The notes under the pieces are model-generated. The model made no database searches, was not told where the DNA came from, and saw nothing but the letters and a program-made list of their open reading frames with translations. From Nitrospirota bacterium (GTDB lineage Bacteria > Nitrospirota > Nitrospiria > JACRHA01), in contig JACRHA010000032.1 of the NCBI GenBank assembly GCA_016234185.1, forward strand, positions 1 through 44,322: 44,322 nt of DNA, written 5' to 3'. This document shows, in pieces, positions 1 through 8,570 of this stretch (its first letter is position 1; every line of letters starts with the position of its first letter). The translations under genes and the position numbers were made by a program.

Positions 1-80
1 CCCGCAGTCTTTAGGCGGGAATCCAGAGCTTCTTTGTTTCTTAAAGAGACTGGATTCCCGATTACTACCTCGGGAATGAC
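1..80. repeat. REP/MITE-like hairpin element, left part cut by window edge
   Basis: Perfect 10-bp inverted repeat GGGAATCCAG (17-26) / CTGGATTCCC (50-59). CCCGC/GCGGG hairpin at 1-19. Ends in GGAATGAC (73-80). Shares ACTGGATTCC and the terminal GGAATGAC with the element at 31431-31537. Confidence 0.5.
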
Positions 81-144
81 AATAATTGACTTTTTTCAAG
101 AGGTTCAATGTAAAGGGATTTATGACTCACTACACTAGCCATCA

Positions 145-173
145 TTGATAATCGCATAAATTTAATCTATATT
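145..173 (+). promoter_or_regulatory. candidate sigma70-type promoter (TTGATA-17 nt-TATATT) upstream of ORF 202-534
   Basis: Hexamers read directly: TTGATA 145-150, 17-nt spacer, TATATT 168-173. About 30 nt upstream of the GGAGGG RBS and ATG at 202. Confidence 0.35.
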
Positions 174-201
174 GCATAGATAAAATAATCTGGAGGGATT
201 C

Positions 202-534
202 ATGCCATATATTGCAAAAGAAAAAAGATCACGGCTCGATCCATTAATTGATGAGCTTGCAGGACGTATCGTTGCTGAGGCGAAAGGGGAGGGGGGTGAT
301 GCCGCCTTTGCCGGCCTTTTAAATTATACATGCACACGCCTTGCACTTAAGATCTTAAGATTGCAATTCGGGGAGATCCGTTACTGGCTTATCGCCGTTG
401 TTACAGGTGTTTTCAGGAATATCTCTGATGAATTCTATCGCCGCGTCGCTATTCCATACGAAGATAAGCAGATCAAAAAGAATGGGGATGTGGATCTTTA
501 TAGGGAGTTTTCGCTGGATACAGGAAAGATGTAA
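202..534 (+). CDS. small conserved hypothetical protein (110 aa)
   Basis: ATG preceded by GGAGGG. Protein-like composition with a C-terminal FYRR..PYED..NGDV motif that I recall from uncharacterised small bacterial/archaeal proteins. No function assignable. Confidence 0.6.
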   Translation: MPYIAKEKRSRLDPLIDELAGRIVAEAKGEGGDAAFAGLLNYTCTRLALKILRLQFGEIRYWLIAVVTGVFRNISDEFYRRVAIPYEDKQIKKNGDVDLYREFSLDTGKM

Positions 535-627
535 AGGCGAACAACGTAGCTGCTCTTATCATTTGCAACCTTGACACCTATTCTTCCAAACAAATATAAT
601 CAGGCTAACGTTTTCAGGGAGAACTGG

Positions 628-1644
628 TTGGAGAACATTGCGGTTATAGGGGGCGGGGGCTGGGGTACTGCCCTTGCTTTTCTTCTGGCTGATAAGGGAT
701 ATACTGTAAGGCTATGGGTATATGAGAAAGAGCTTGCAGGCGATATCCAGAACACAAGGGAGAATAAGTTATACCTGCCAGGGGTAGAGCTTCCAGAGAA
801 TATAGCCGCCACGTCATCCCTGGATGAGGCGCTGGCCGGATCAGGCATTATAGTCTTTGTAGTCCCATCACAGGCTGCCAGATCGGTATTGAAACAGATG
901 CCTGATCTGGTCGGGAAGGACTCCGTGCTTATTAGTTGCACAAAAGGGATAGAGAATGACTCCCTTATGCTCATGTCAGATGTGATTAGAGATGTATTTC
1001 CCGCTCAATACCACAGAAGGCTGATGTTTCTTTCCGGCCCAAGCTTTGCCGAGGAGGTTTCAAAAAGACTTCCAACGGCAGTATCCCTTGCCGGTTTTGA
1101 CAATCAGTTGTGCTCAAAGATACAGAAGACATTTACCACGCCATATTTCAAGGTATTTACCTCATCCGATGTAACGGGTGTCCAGCTTGGAGGTGCATTA
1201 AAGAATGTTATAGCCCTGGCATCAGGCGGGTCAGATGGGTTAGGGTTTGGCCACAACACAAGGGCTGCCCTGATAACCAGGGGCCTTGCCGAGATCACAA
1301 GGCTTGGCGTGGCTATGGGCGCCGATCCTGTAACATTTGCCGGGCTTTCCGGCATGGGCGACTTGGTGCTTACATGCACAGGTCATTTGAGCAGAAACAG
1401 GATGGTGGGATACAAGATAGGACAGGGGATTAAACTTTCAGAGATCCTGGAAAATATGAAGACGGTGGCAGAAGGGGTAAAGACAACAAGGTCGGCCTAT
1501 GAGCTCGCAAAGAAATATAACGTCCGGATGCCTATTGTGGAGCAGATATATGCAGTCCTGTTTGAGGATAAAGACCCGCGTAAGGCCGTCTCTGACCTTA
1601 TGGAGCAGGATGTAGGTGGTGAGGTGGGAGGGAAGAATTTTTGA
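628..1644 (+). CDS. gpsA: NAD(P)H-dependent glycerol-3-phosphate dehydrogenase
   Basis: N-terminal Rossmann motif IAVIGGGGWGTALA, and GpsA-typical GALKNVIA and NRxVG motifs. The ORF is open from TTG 571. TTG 628 is preferred because GGGAGA lies 5 nt upstream and it gives the usual GpsA N-terminus. Confidence 0.9.
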   Translation: MENIAVIGGGGWGTALAFLLADKGYTVRLWVYEKELAGDIQNTRENKLYLPGVELPENIAATSSLDEALAGSGIIVFVVPSQAARSVLKQMPDLVGKDSVLISCTKGIENDSLMLMSDVIRDVFPAQYHRRLMFLSGPSFAEEVSKRLPTAVSLAGFDNQLCSKIQKTFTTPYFKVFTSSDVTGVQLGGALKNVIALASGGSDGLGFGHNTRAALITRGLAEITRLGVAMGADPVTFAGLSGMGDLVLTCTGHLSRNRMVGYKIGQGIKLSEILENMKTVAEGVKTTRSAYELAKKYNVRMPIVEQIYAVLFEDKDPRKAVSDLMEQDVGGEVGGKNF

Positions 1645-1881
1645 ATGCCGAGATCCTTTTAACAAATTGTGGCAGATTTTGCTTATTTCAGGATTTTAAT
1701 ATTATCCTGCTATAATGCTCCTGGTTATTGAAGTATCCGTCAATAAGGCATGAAAAAAGTATATTTGACCCAACCATTCCTTTGTCTAGCGACATTTTTA
1801 ATGAGTTTACAAGACGCGACAGAAAGAAAGAGGAATAAACTCTTTATTGCCTCGAGATTGATGAATTTACTTACAACGACT

Positions 1882-3154
1882 CACTACTGTCCGGTTAAAA
1901 TAGAGCCCCTTGCATGGGTGCATTTCGCACTGCAAGGAGACGCCCTGGTTTAAGTGTTAGAATATCTATAAGAACCTTTCTTTCAAAAAGCATTTCCGAA
2001 TCACACGGCTCAATTGAAGCAAGGAATAACCGTATTTGGTCTGGTATTTGATATAGGTCAATAGCAGGTAATAGCACATAGCTATCCATATCTGGGTGAG
2101 CACGGCATTCTTGCTGGTACCGAGGAAAGATTTGATCTTTAGATTCTGCTTGATCCACTTGAAAAACAATTCTATCTGCCATCGTGATTTATATATCTGG
2201 GCAATCGTCCTGGTGGCAAGCTTGAAATTATTGGTCAGGAACGTCAATATCTTTTGCCGCTCTTCGTCATAGTACCGGATAAGCCTTAAATCTTTAGGAT
2301 ATAGGGTCTTTGTCTTAATGCCGGAAAGGGAAATACGCTCATCGCTTAAGACCCCTTTGCCTGTAACCTGATGCTGTCCGGTTACAGCATAATCTATATT
2401 GGACTTGGCCCTCGTGACAAACCATACCCCTTGTTCTGCAAGTGAATAAAGCCACTTGTAATCTATGTATGCCTTATCCACCGAAACGATGCTGTCCGGT
2501 GATAGGGGATGAGAGGTCTCCTTCGCTGCCCTGACATCATTCCTCTTGCCATCGGTCACGGTCAGAAAGCAAGGCATGGCCCCCGAATGGTCATAAAGAC
2601 AGTGCATCTTGATTGCCCCTTTGGTTTTTCTGAACTTTGCCCAGGGGAATACTGAAAGACACAGGTCAATCGTCGTGGAATCTATCGTATACAAGGGATT
2701 TTTGAAACGAAACTTATGCTTTGGCGTCAGATCCCTACATCGTGCAAGAAGGTGATAAAATGTATCCTCGAATATCCGATAATCCCTCTTTGTATTGGCA
2801 TCGGATAAAGTGCTTCTGTGCACACCAGTAAGCCCGAGGTGATACCACCTGGTACTATGTGATGAAAGTCCCGTTTCTATATCCCGCAGGCTATCCTTCA
2901 GCGTGATCTGGGAATAGAGAATGGTAATATATTGTTGCCAAGTGCCAAATGTCTTCATGTATCGGTCTCCCTGGTACCGCTCTACTGCTCTCTCAAATTG
3001 ATATCTCGGACAAAGTTTCAATATCTCCGAGAAGATGGTGTATACTATCTGCATGGTCTGTTCCTCCTTGTCAGATGAAGGTTTGGTCGCCTATATTATC
3101 TAACAAGTATAAAGAACAGGCCTTGCTTTTATAAGCTTTTACCGGACACTAGTG
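1882..3154 (-). mobile_element. IS4-family insertion sequence (about 1.27 kb)
   Basis: Terminal inverted repeats CACTACTGTCCGGT (1882-1895) and ACCGGACACTAGTG (3141-3154), 13/14 matching, enclose the single transposase ORF. No clear target-site duplication seen. Confidence 0.75.
1966..3054 (-). CDS. IS4-family DDE transposase
   Basis: 362-aa ORF with N-terminal DUF4372-like region and DDE_Tnp_1-like core (TIDSTTIDLC, VSVDKAYIDY, YKSRWQIELFFKWIKQ). Flanked by inverted repeats. Confidence 0.9.
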   Translation of the reverse strand: MQIVYTIFSEILKLCPRYQFERAVERYQGDRYMKTFGTWQQYITILYSQITLKDSLRDIETGLSSHSTRWYHLGLTGVHRSTLSDANTKRDYRIFEDTFYHLLARCRDLTPKHKFRFKNPLYTIDSTTIDLCLSVFPWAKFRKTKGAIKMHCLYDHSGAMPCFLTVTDGKRNDVRAAKETSHPLSPDSIVSVDKAYIDYKWLYSLAEQGVWFVTRAKSNIDYAVTGQHQVTGKGVLSDERISLSGIKTKTLYPKDLRLIRYYDEERQKILTFLTNNFKLATRTIAQIYKSRWQIELFFKWIKQNLKIKSFLGTSKNAVLTQIWIAMCYYLLLTYIKYQTKYGYSLLQLSRVIRKCFLKERFL

Positions 3155-3264
3155 GGATTACATCTGGAAATTATTATTGTGTTGTCAATTAAAGCAAAAA
3201 AAGCTGAGATAATATCTATTATACTGTTTATAGATGCTTGCGGCTGCTGAGGGCGAAAAGGAAT

Positions 3265-3585
3265 ATGAGAAAAAGTAAGGTAGATAAGGTATCTAAGGAG
3301 TTTGCACAGGTTGTGAGGAATAAATTAAAGAATCATTTAAAAGAGATTGTTTTGTTTGGTTCTCATGCAAGAGGTGATTTTAAAGAAGGTTCAGATTATG
3401 ATTTTCTTGTCGTTGTCGACAGAAGAAGAAAGACATTCGAAAAAACTCTTCTGAATATTGGCAATGATTTTATGTATAAGTATGATGTTTTAATTGGAGA
3501 TATTATTTGTGATGAAGTAGAATGGGAAAGAAAAAAGAGATTTCCTATAGGGCTGAATATATTGCATGAAGGGATCAAATTATGA
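3265..3585 (+). CDS. nucleotidyltransferase-domain protein (MNT/MntA-like antitoxin)
   Basis: LFGSHARGDFKEGSDYDFLVVV is the minimal nucleotidyltransferase GS..D.D signature. ATGA overlap with the downstream HEPN gene. ATG 3265 preferred over TTG 3238. Confidence 0.85.
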   Translation: MRKSKVDKVSKEFAQVVRNKLKNHLKEIVLFGSHARGDFKEGSDYDFLVVVDRRRKTFEKTLLNIGNDFMYKYDVLIGDIICDEVEWERKKRFPIGLNILHEGIKL

Positions 3586-4004
3586 AGGCAGGAGATATTG
3601 ATGTTATTAAGATGATGCTGATAAAGGCGCACAAAAAACTAAAAGCAGCCAAAATAGATCTTGATAACGATCAATATGACGATTCTGTTTCCCGTGCATA
3701 TTATGCGGTCTATCATGCTATTTCTGCAGCATTGTTTTCAAAGGGATTACATTTTTCATCCCATGGACAGACTATCGGGGCATTTAACAGGGAATTTATA
3801 AAAACAAAAAACTTCCCTTCTTCTTTTGCCGCAACAATAAGAAAATTATTTAAAGAGCGACAAACAGGTGATTATGATTTTGAAAGCTATATTGATGCAG
3901 ATGTTGCAAGAGAAGATCTAAATTATGCAGAAAAGATAGTAAATGCATGTGAAAAATATCTTTCAAAGATATATAAAGTTAAGAATAGCTATTGGAAAGA
4001 ATAA
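3582..4004 (+). CDS. HEPN-domain protein (HepT-like toxin partner)
   Basis: SRAYYAVYHAISA (R-x6-H) and a helical 140-aa protein typical of HEPN. Translationally coupled to the NT gene. Confidence 0.8.
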   Translation: MKAGDIDVIKMMLIKAHKKLKAAKIDLDNDQYDDSVSRAYYAVYHAISAALFSKGLHFSSHGQTIGAFNREFIKTKNFPSSFAATIRKLFKERQTGDYDFESYIDADVAREDLNYAEKIVNACEKYLSKIYKVKNSYWKE

Positions 4005-4009
4005 TACTG

Positions 4010-4084
4010 ATGCATACCAACGACATAAAAGAGGTCCTTGAGATGGTGAGGGATCAACAATTATCAGCAGAAGGGGCCAAATGA
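4010..4084 (+). pseudogene. diverged duplicate of the larB 5' end (24-codon remnant)
   Basis: MHTNDIKEVLEMVRDQQLSAEGAK* aligns with the LarB N-terminus MHTDGIKKILGLVRDRRLSAEEAL (14/24 identical). The DNA is also alignable. Its stop overlaps the hicB ATG. Confidence 0.55.
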
Positions 4085-4302
4085 AGACATTTGATTATAC
4101 AGTGGTGGTCTGGAAGGAAAAGGAAGGGTATGTTTCAAAATGTCCTGAGTTAGGAGTTGCCAGTTGTGGAGACTCCATTTCTGAGGCAGTGGAAAATCTA
4201 AAGGAAGCTGTAGACCTTTATCTTGAGAATGCAGAGTCTCTCGGATTACTGGAAGACATAGAGGAAAGCCTTGTGGAGAATCAGTGCATACTGATGGAAT
4301 AA
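4081..4302 (+). CDS. hicB: HicB-family antitoxin-like protein (UPF0150 fold)
   Basis: YTVVVWKEKEGYVSKCPELGVASCGDSISEAVENLKEAVDLYLE matches the HicB N-terminal domain pattern. No hicA gene adjacent. Confidence 0.75.
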   Translation: MKTFDYTVVVWKEKEGYVSKCPELGVASCGDSISEAVENLKEAVDLYLENAESLGLLEDIEESLVENQCILME

Positions 4303-5042
4303 AGAAGATCCTTGGTCTGGTGAGGGACAGGCGATTGTCGGCAGAAGAGGCCCTTGAGAGACTAAAGGTTCTTCCCTATGAGGATATAGGTTTTGCCACC
4401 ATAGACCACCACAGGCATATCCGTCAGGGGATGCCGGAGGTGATACTTGCCGATGGTAAGACAAAGGAGCAGGTGACAGAGATAACAAAGAAGATGCTGA
4501 TGAATAAGGGCGATATACTGATTACGAGGGCCACTGAAGAGGTTTTCAAGGGGATAAAGGCAATAGATAAGAGGGCAAGATACAACCGGCTCGGAAGGAC
4601 TATAGTGATTAATGTAAAGAGGAGGGGAAATGGGAAAGGCAATATCCTCCTTGTCACTGCTGGGACAGCCGATATCCCTTTTGCAGAGGAGGCAAGAGAG
4701 ACCGCCCTTCTTTTCGGGAGTAATGTTACATCCCTCTATGATGTTGGTGTGGCAGGACTTCATCGCATACTGGACAGGAAGGAACAGATCCTCTCGGCAA
4801 GGGTGATAATAGTTGTTGCCGGGATGGATGGGGTGCTTCCGAGCGTAATAGGCGGCCTTGTGGATAAACCGGTTATTGCCGTACCGACCAGCAGGGGCTA
4901 TGGGGCAAGTTTTGGCGGGCTTGCAGCGCTCCTTACCATGCTCAACTCATGTGCAGCGGGTGTTGCCGTGGTGAATATAGATAATGGGTTTGGCGCTGCT
5001 TCTCTGGCCCATAAGATCAATATGCTCGGAGAGGGAGAATGA
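4284..5042 (+). CDS. larB: nickel-pincer cofactor biosynthesis protein LarB (PurE-like carboxylase/hydrolase)
   Basis: PurE-like core LLVTAGTADIPFAEEA...DVGVAGLHR...VIIVVAGMDG..PSV. ATGA overlap with larC. Confidence 0.85.
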   Translation: MHTDGIKKILGLVRDRRLSAEEALERLKVLPYEDIGFATIDHHRHIRQGMPEVILADGKTKEQVTEITKKMLMNKGDILITRATEEVFKGIKAIDKRARYNRLGRTIVINVKRRGNGKGNILLVTAGTADIPFAEEARETALLFGSNVTSLYDVGVAGLHRILDRKEQILSARVIIVVAGMDGVLPSVIGGLVDKPVIAVPTSRGYGASFGGLAALLTMLNSCAAGVAVVNIDNGFGAASLAHKINMLGEGE

Positions 5043-6202
5043 GGATAGGATACTTTGACTGCTCATCAGGGATCTCCGGGGACATGATCCTTGGCGCCCT
5101 TATAGATGCAGGATTAAAAGAGGATGATCTCAGTTTAGGACTTCAGGCGCTCAAAATAAAGGGGTTCAAGTTATCTTCAAAAAAGGTTAAGCGGGCAGGG
5201 CTTGTCGGAACAAAGGTTGAACTTGGGATCAAAGACCGGAAGAAAAAGGCAGGTTTCCAGGAAATAGACCGGATCATTAAGAATTCAGCCCTGGATTCCG
5301 GCATAAAGGATAGGGCAGGGCAGATTATGGAAAGGCTTTCCAGGGCAGAGGCCCTTGCGCATGGGGAAAGCCAAAAGATTTATTTTGGCCATATAGATTC
5401 TATTGATCTTATATTAGATGTAGTTGGTTCCCTTATAGGGATAAAATATCTAGGCATAGGGGAGATATCCTCATCGCCCATTAATACAGGATCAGGCTTT
5501 ATTGACAGCCATCATGGAAGGCTTCCAGTGCCTGCCCCTGCCACTGCGGCATTATTAGAAGGGGCGCCCATATATTCCAATGGTATTCCTCATGAGCTTA
5601 CAACCCCCACCGGTGCGGCAATAATAACTACTATTGCCGATAGCTTTGGACATATGCCTTTGATGAAGCTTAATGTTGTCGGATCCGGTGCGGGGAGTCT
5701 TGATATTGCCTCCCAGTCTAATCTGCTTCGTCTCTTCATAGGTGAGGGGGATGGGGAAGATAAGGGTGACCGGCTTGTCCTGATCGAGGCCAACATCGAC
5801 GATATGAACCCCCAGATCTATGAGTATCTCATGGAGAGGCTCTTTGATGCAGGGGCGCTTGATGTATACCTGACCCCGATTATTATGAAAAAAGGGAGGC
5901 CAGGCATTATCCTCAGCATACTTGCCAAGCCCGATCAGATAGCCGTAATAAAGAAGATAGTATTTGATGAGACTACCACAATAGGCATTAGAATTAAGGA
6001 GGTGAGACGGGAGATCCTTAAGCGGTCAATAAGGCATGTCTCAACAAGTTTTGGCAGGATAAGGGTAAAGGTGATCAAAGGATGTACAGGCGAGGTTAGG
6101 TTAATGCCCGAATACGACGACCTGAAAAATATAGCAAGATCAAAAGGGATTCCATTGATGAGGCTGATGGAGGAGATCAGGAGGGAAATAGCGGATGAAT
6201 AG
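5039..6202 (+). CDS. larC: nickel insertion protein LarC (DUF111 family)
   Basis: N-terminal YFDCSSGISGDMILGALIDAG, the characteristic LarC/DUF111 start. Length 387 aa. Confidence 0.88.
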   Translation: MRIGYFDCSSGISGDMILGALIDAGLKEDDLSLGLQALKIKGFKLSSKKVKRAGLVGTKVELGIKDRKKKAGFQEIDRIIKNSALDSGIKDRAGQIMERLSRAEALAHGESQKIYFGHIDSIDLILDVVGSLIGIKYLGIGEISSSPINTGSGFIDSHHGRLPVPAPATAALLEGAPIYSNGIPHELTTPTGAAIITTIADSFGHMPLMKLNVVGSGAGSLDIASQSNLLRLFIGEGDGEDKGDRLVLIEANIDDMNPQIYEYLMERLFDAGALDVYLTPIIMKKGRPGIILSILAKPDQIAVIKKIVFDETTTIGIRIKEVRREILKRSIRHVSTSFGRIRVKVIKGCTGEVRLMPEYDDLKNIARSKGIPLMRLMEEIRREIADE

Positions 6203-7085
6203 GCCGTCCATTTCTATTATAGGTGCAGGTGTTTTGGGGGCCTCCCTGGGTTATCTCCTGATGCGAAAGGGATACAGGATTGCAGGGGTTTCTGCTCACA
6301 GTATGAGGTCTGCAAGGGGGAGCGCAAAGTTCATCGGTGGGGGGATTCCATATGATTCTAATCTGGATGCGGTGCTTGGTGCGAAGATAATATTTATTAC
6401 CACACCTGATGATATGATTAAAAGGGTATGCGATGAATTGGCCATCGGGGGCACAATCAGAGATGGTTCTTTTGTATTTCATATGTCCGGTGCCCTTCCC
6501 TCAAATATCCTGGCCTCTGCCAGGAGAAAGGGGGCTTCTATAGGGTCAATCCATCCGCTTCAAAGTCTTGCAACACGCCGGGAGGCCATTACAAACCTGA
6601 TCGGATCTTACTATAATATAGAGGGGGACAAAAAGGCTGTTATCATTGCCAAAAGGATAGTAAAAGACCTGGGCAGCAAGGAGATGGTTATCCCTGCAAA
6701 GGGAAAGGTTCTCTATCATAGCGGCGCGGTCTTTACCTCCAATTATCTGATAACCATATTCTCTGCTGGAATTGAGTTATTAGGGGTCGCGGGTATACCA
6801 AGATCAAAGGCCCTGCCAGGGCTCCTGTCCCTTATTAAGGGAACTGTTAAAAATATAGAAAATGTTGGCATCCCGATGGCCCTAACAGGGCCGATACAAA
6901 GGGGCGATATCTCAATTATTGAAGGACACATAGACGAGATCCGGAAGTCTACCCCGGAGCTTTTAAGTTTATATTGTCAGCTTGGAAAGGAGACAGTAAA
7001 GATAGCCCTTGAAAAAGGTGGTATCTCTGAGAAAGAAGGAGAGAGGCTAACCTCGTTATTTAATCGAAATATAAAAAAGGGATAA
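6195..7085 (+). CDS. Rossmann-like plus DUF2520-like domain protein (putative oxidoreductase)
   Basis: ISIIGAGVLGASLG dinucleotide-binding motif at the N-terminus, and a C-terminal region resembling DUF2520. 8-nt overlap with the larC stop. Confidence 0.7.
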   Translation: MNRPSISIIGAGVLGASLGYLLMRKGYRIAGVSAHSMRSARGSAKFIGGGIPYDSNLDAVLGAKIIFITTPDDMIKRVCDELAIGGTIRDGSFVFHMSGALPSNILASARRKGASIGSIHPLQSLATRREAITNLIGSYYNIEGDKKAVIIAKRIVKDLGSKEMVIPAKGKVLYHSGAVFTSNYLITIFSAGIELLGVAGIPRSKALPGLLSLIKGTVKNIENVGIPMALTGPIQRGDISIIEGHIDEIRKSTPELLSLYCQLGKETVKIALEKGGISEKEGERLTSLFNRNIKKG

Positions 7086-7203
7086 TGGTACGAGTTCTTG
7101 AGAAGGGCAAAGCCTTGGGTGTTAACCTCACCGACTGTCGGCACCTGGCTGGTGGTAGGCAGAGACCGAAGCACTCTGTTATCTGTTGCTGCAGACAATG
7201 TTT

Positions 7204-7392
7204 TCAAGTTCCTTTGTGCTGTTTTTCTTTCAAAGAGATCGTCTTTAATTTAATCTGACCCTCCGTAAGAAGTTTTGTTGCATCCTCTTTAATTCTCTCG
7301 ATATACTCTTTGGCCGATAAATTTTTTACATCATGATAGACTTTCTCTTTCCACTCCCACACTTCAATTAAGGATTTGTCATACTTCTTCAT
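7204..7392 (-). CDS. small protein (62 aa), partner of the upstream PIN-like gene
   Basis: Overlaps the stop of the PIN-like ORF by 14 nt. Charged helical composition. No family recognised. Confidence 0.5.
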   Translation of the reverse strand: MKKYDKSLIEVWEWKEKVYHDVKNLSAKEYIERIKEDATKLLTEGQIKLKTISLKEKQHKGT

Positions 7393-7858
7393 CAGACACC
7401 TCCATTGGAGTTATTAACTCCAGTCTCTTAAAATATCCAGCCTTTATATTTATTGCGTTAATCAATTCCATTTTTTTAAAATTCGCCAAATGCTTTAAAT
7501 TCCAACTGATTAGTGCATCTACTTCAAAAACTGTTGCAACGGCGGCATGCATAGCATCCTCAATTTTTGAGGCAGGCAATACCCCCTCTGAAATATACTT
7601 TTGTGCAAGCTCTGTAACCTCTTCATCGATTACCAGCCTTGTAGGACTATATTCAGCAATTATGCTCAAGAGCAACCGTTTTTTATTATCATCAGCCCTG
7701 CCTGTCTCCTCTATGACAACATCAGATATAAATATCTCATATTCATCTTGTTTCACCTTGTCAAAAAATCTCATGGTTATTTCTCTCTTTTCAGGAGCAT
7801 CATCGGCAAAATAAAAATTCCAAACAGATGTCTCCAAATAAAGCTGAGGTCTTTTCAT
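7379..7858 (-). CDS. PIN-like domain protein (VapC-like)
   Basis: LYLETSVWN near the N-terminus (the position of the first PIN acidic residue), DAMHAAVA and ISWN.KH later. 159 aa. The assignment is by pattern only. Confidence 0.6.
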   Translation of the reverse strand: MKRPQLYLETSVWNFYFADDAPEKREITMRFFDKVKQDEYEIFISDVVIEETGRADDNKKRLLLSIIAEYSPTRLVIDEEVTELAQKYISEGVLPASKIEDAMHAAVATVFEVDALISWNLKHLANFKKMELINAINIKAGYFKRLELITPMEVSDEEV

Positions 7859-7981
7859 AATTTTATATTATATCTCTCTTTCATTATTATTTCCCACAAT
7901 TTCCTATAACTCGTTCACAAGCGACAATGACACGTTTTGTTAAATTATGAGATGATTGATGACAATGTCGTCTATTCACAC

Positions 7982-8285
7982 CTATGTGTGTGCGTATTGG
8001 GTCAGACTGGAATGACATTTCTTGTTGAAATACAATGTATAACTCTGATTAATGCCTTGCATGATCCTGGACAGAGGTATGTCCTGAGTTTCCAGGAGCA
8101 GGTGGAAGGATTACCCATGAGGACATAGGCGTAGAGGGCGCAATGATAACGGTTTTGTAAATGGTGAGGAATTTGTGATATTTGTCGTAATACGCGGCAT
8201 ACTTGAATATCTTCTGTTACTGATTGCCGTGCGTAATAACGTAGTAAAAAGCTCCTTCAAACTCTATGCCGGGCTTTCTTGCCAT
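7982..8285 (-). pseudogene. decayed Y1 (IS200/IS605-like, RayT-like) tyrosine transposase
   Basis: Minus strand reads MARKPGIEFEGAFYYVITHGNQ*. After two frame changes it reads RYHCALYAYVLMGN and then HLLLETQDIPLSRIMQGINQSYTLYFNKK. These are classic transposase_17 motifs. The gene is interrupted by one stop and at least two frameshifts and is truncated after about 100 codons. Confidence 0.75.
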
Positions 8286-8331
8286 GCAGCAACCATATCC
8301 AGGAGGAAAGTGCTTTGTGAAAATATCAATT

Positions 8332-8487
8332 TCAAAGTCTGATCCCATATACATATATTAAATAGAGTGCACATGCATCAGCATTGGCGAGTTTTCTATA
8401 AGCTTTAAGAAAAGAACGAATAGGCTCTCTTAATTCAAATCTATTTGTTTGAAAATCATCGTGTGTTAGAGGGTCACCATTGGTCAT
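8332..8487 (-). CDS. 51-codon ORF with a good RBS, probably the stump of a gene truncated by the Y1 transposase insertion
   Basis: AAAGGAGAGG then ATG at 8487. It ends 47 nt before the Y1 pseudogene start. The IS630 element sits about 70 nt upstream. Confidence 0.25.
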   Translation of the reverse strand: MTNGDPLTHDDFQTNRFELREPIRSFLKAYRKLANADACALYLIYVYGIRL

Positions 8488-8570
8488 ATTCCTCTCCTTT
8501 CTTTAAAATAAGAGTCATTCTGGTATATGCCCTTTTTAACAAGACACAAGGGTCTAGTACCATGTAACGC

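Noticed and set aside
6977-7207. 76-aa minus-strand ORF overlapping the DUF2520-like gene 3' end
   Set aside because: It overlaps a better-supported gene, has low-complexity Ser/Pro/Phe-rich sequence and no start context.
8007-8019. GGAATGAC (a REP-element terminus motif) occurring exactly where the Y1 transposase pseudogene diverges from the family consensus
   Set aside because: An 8-mer is expected about once by chance in 44 kb on two strands, and the adjacent sequence lacks the REP-element hairpins. It is suggestive but not supportable.
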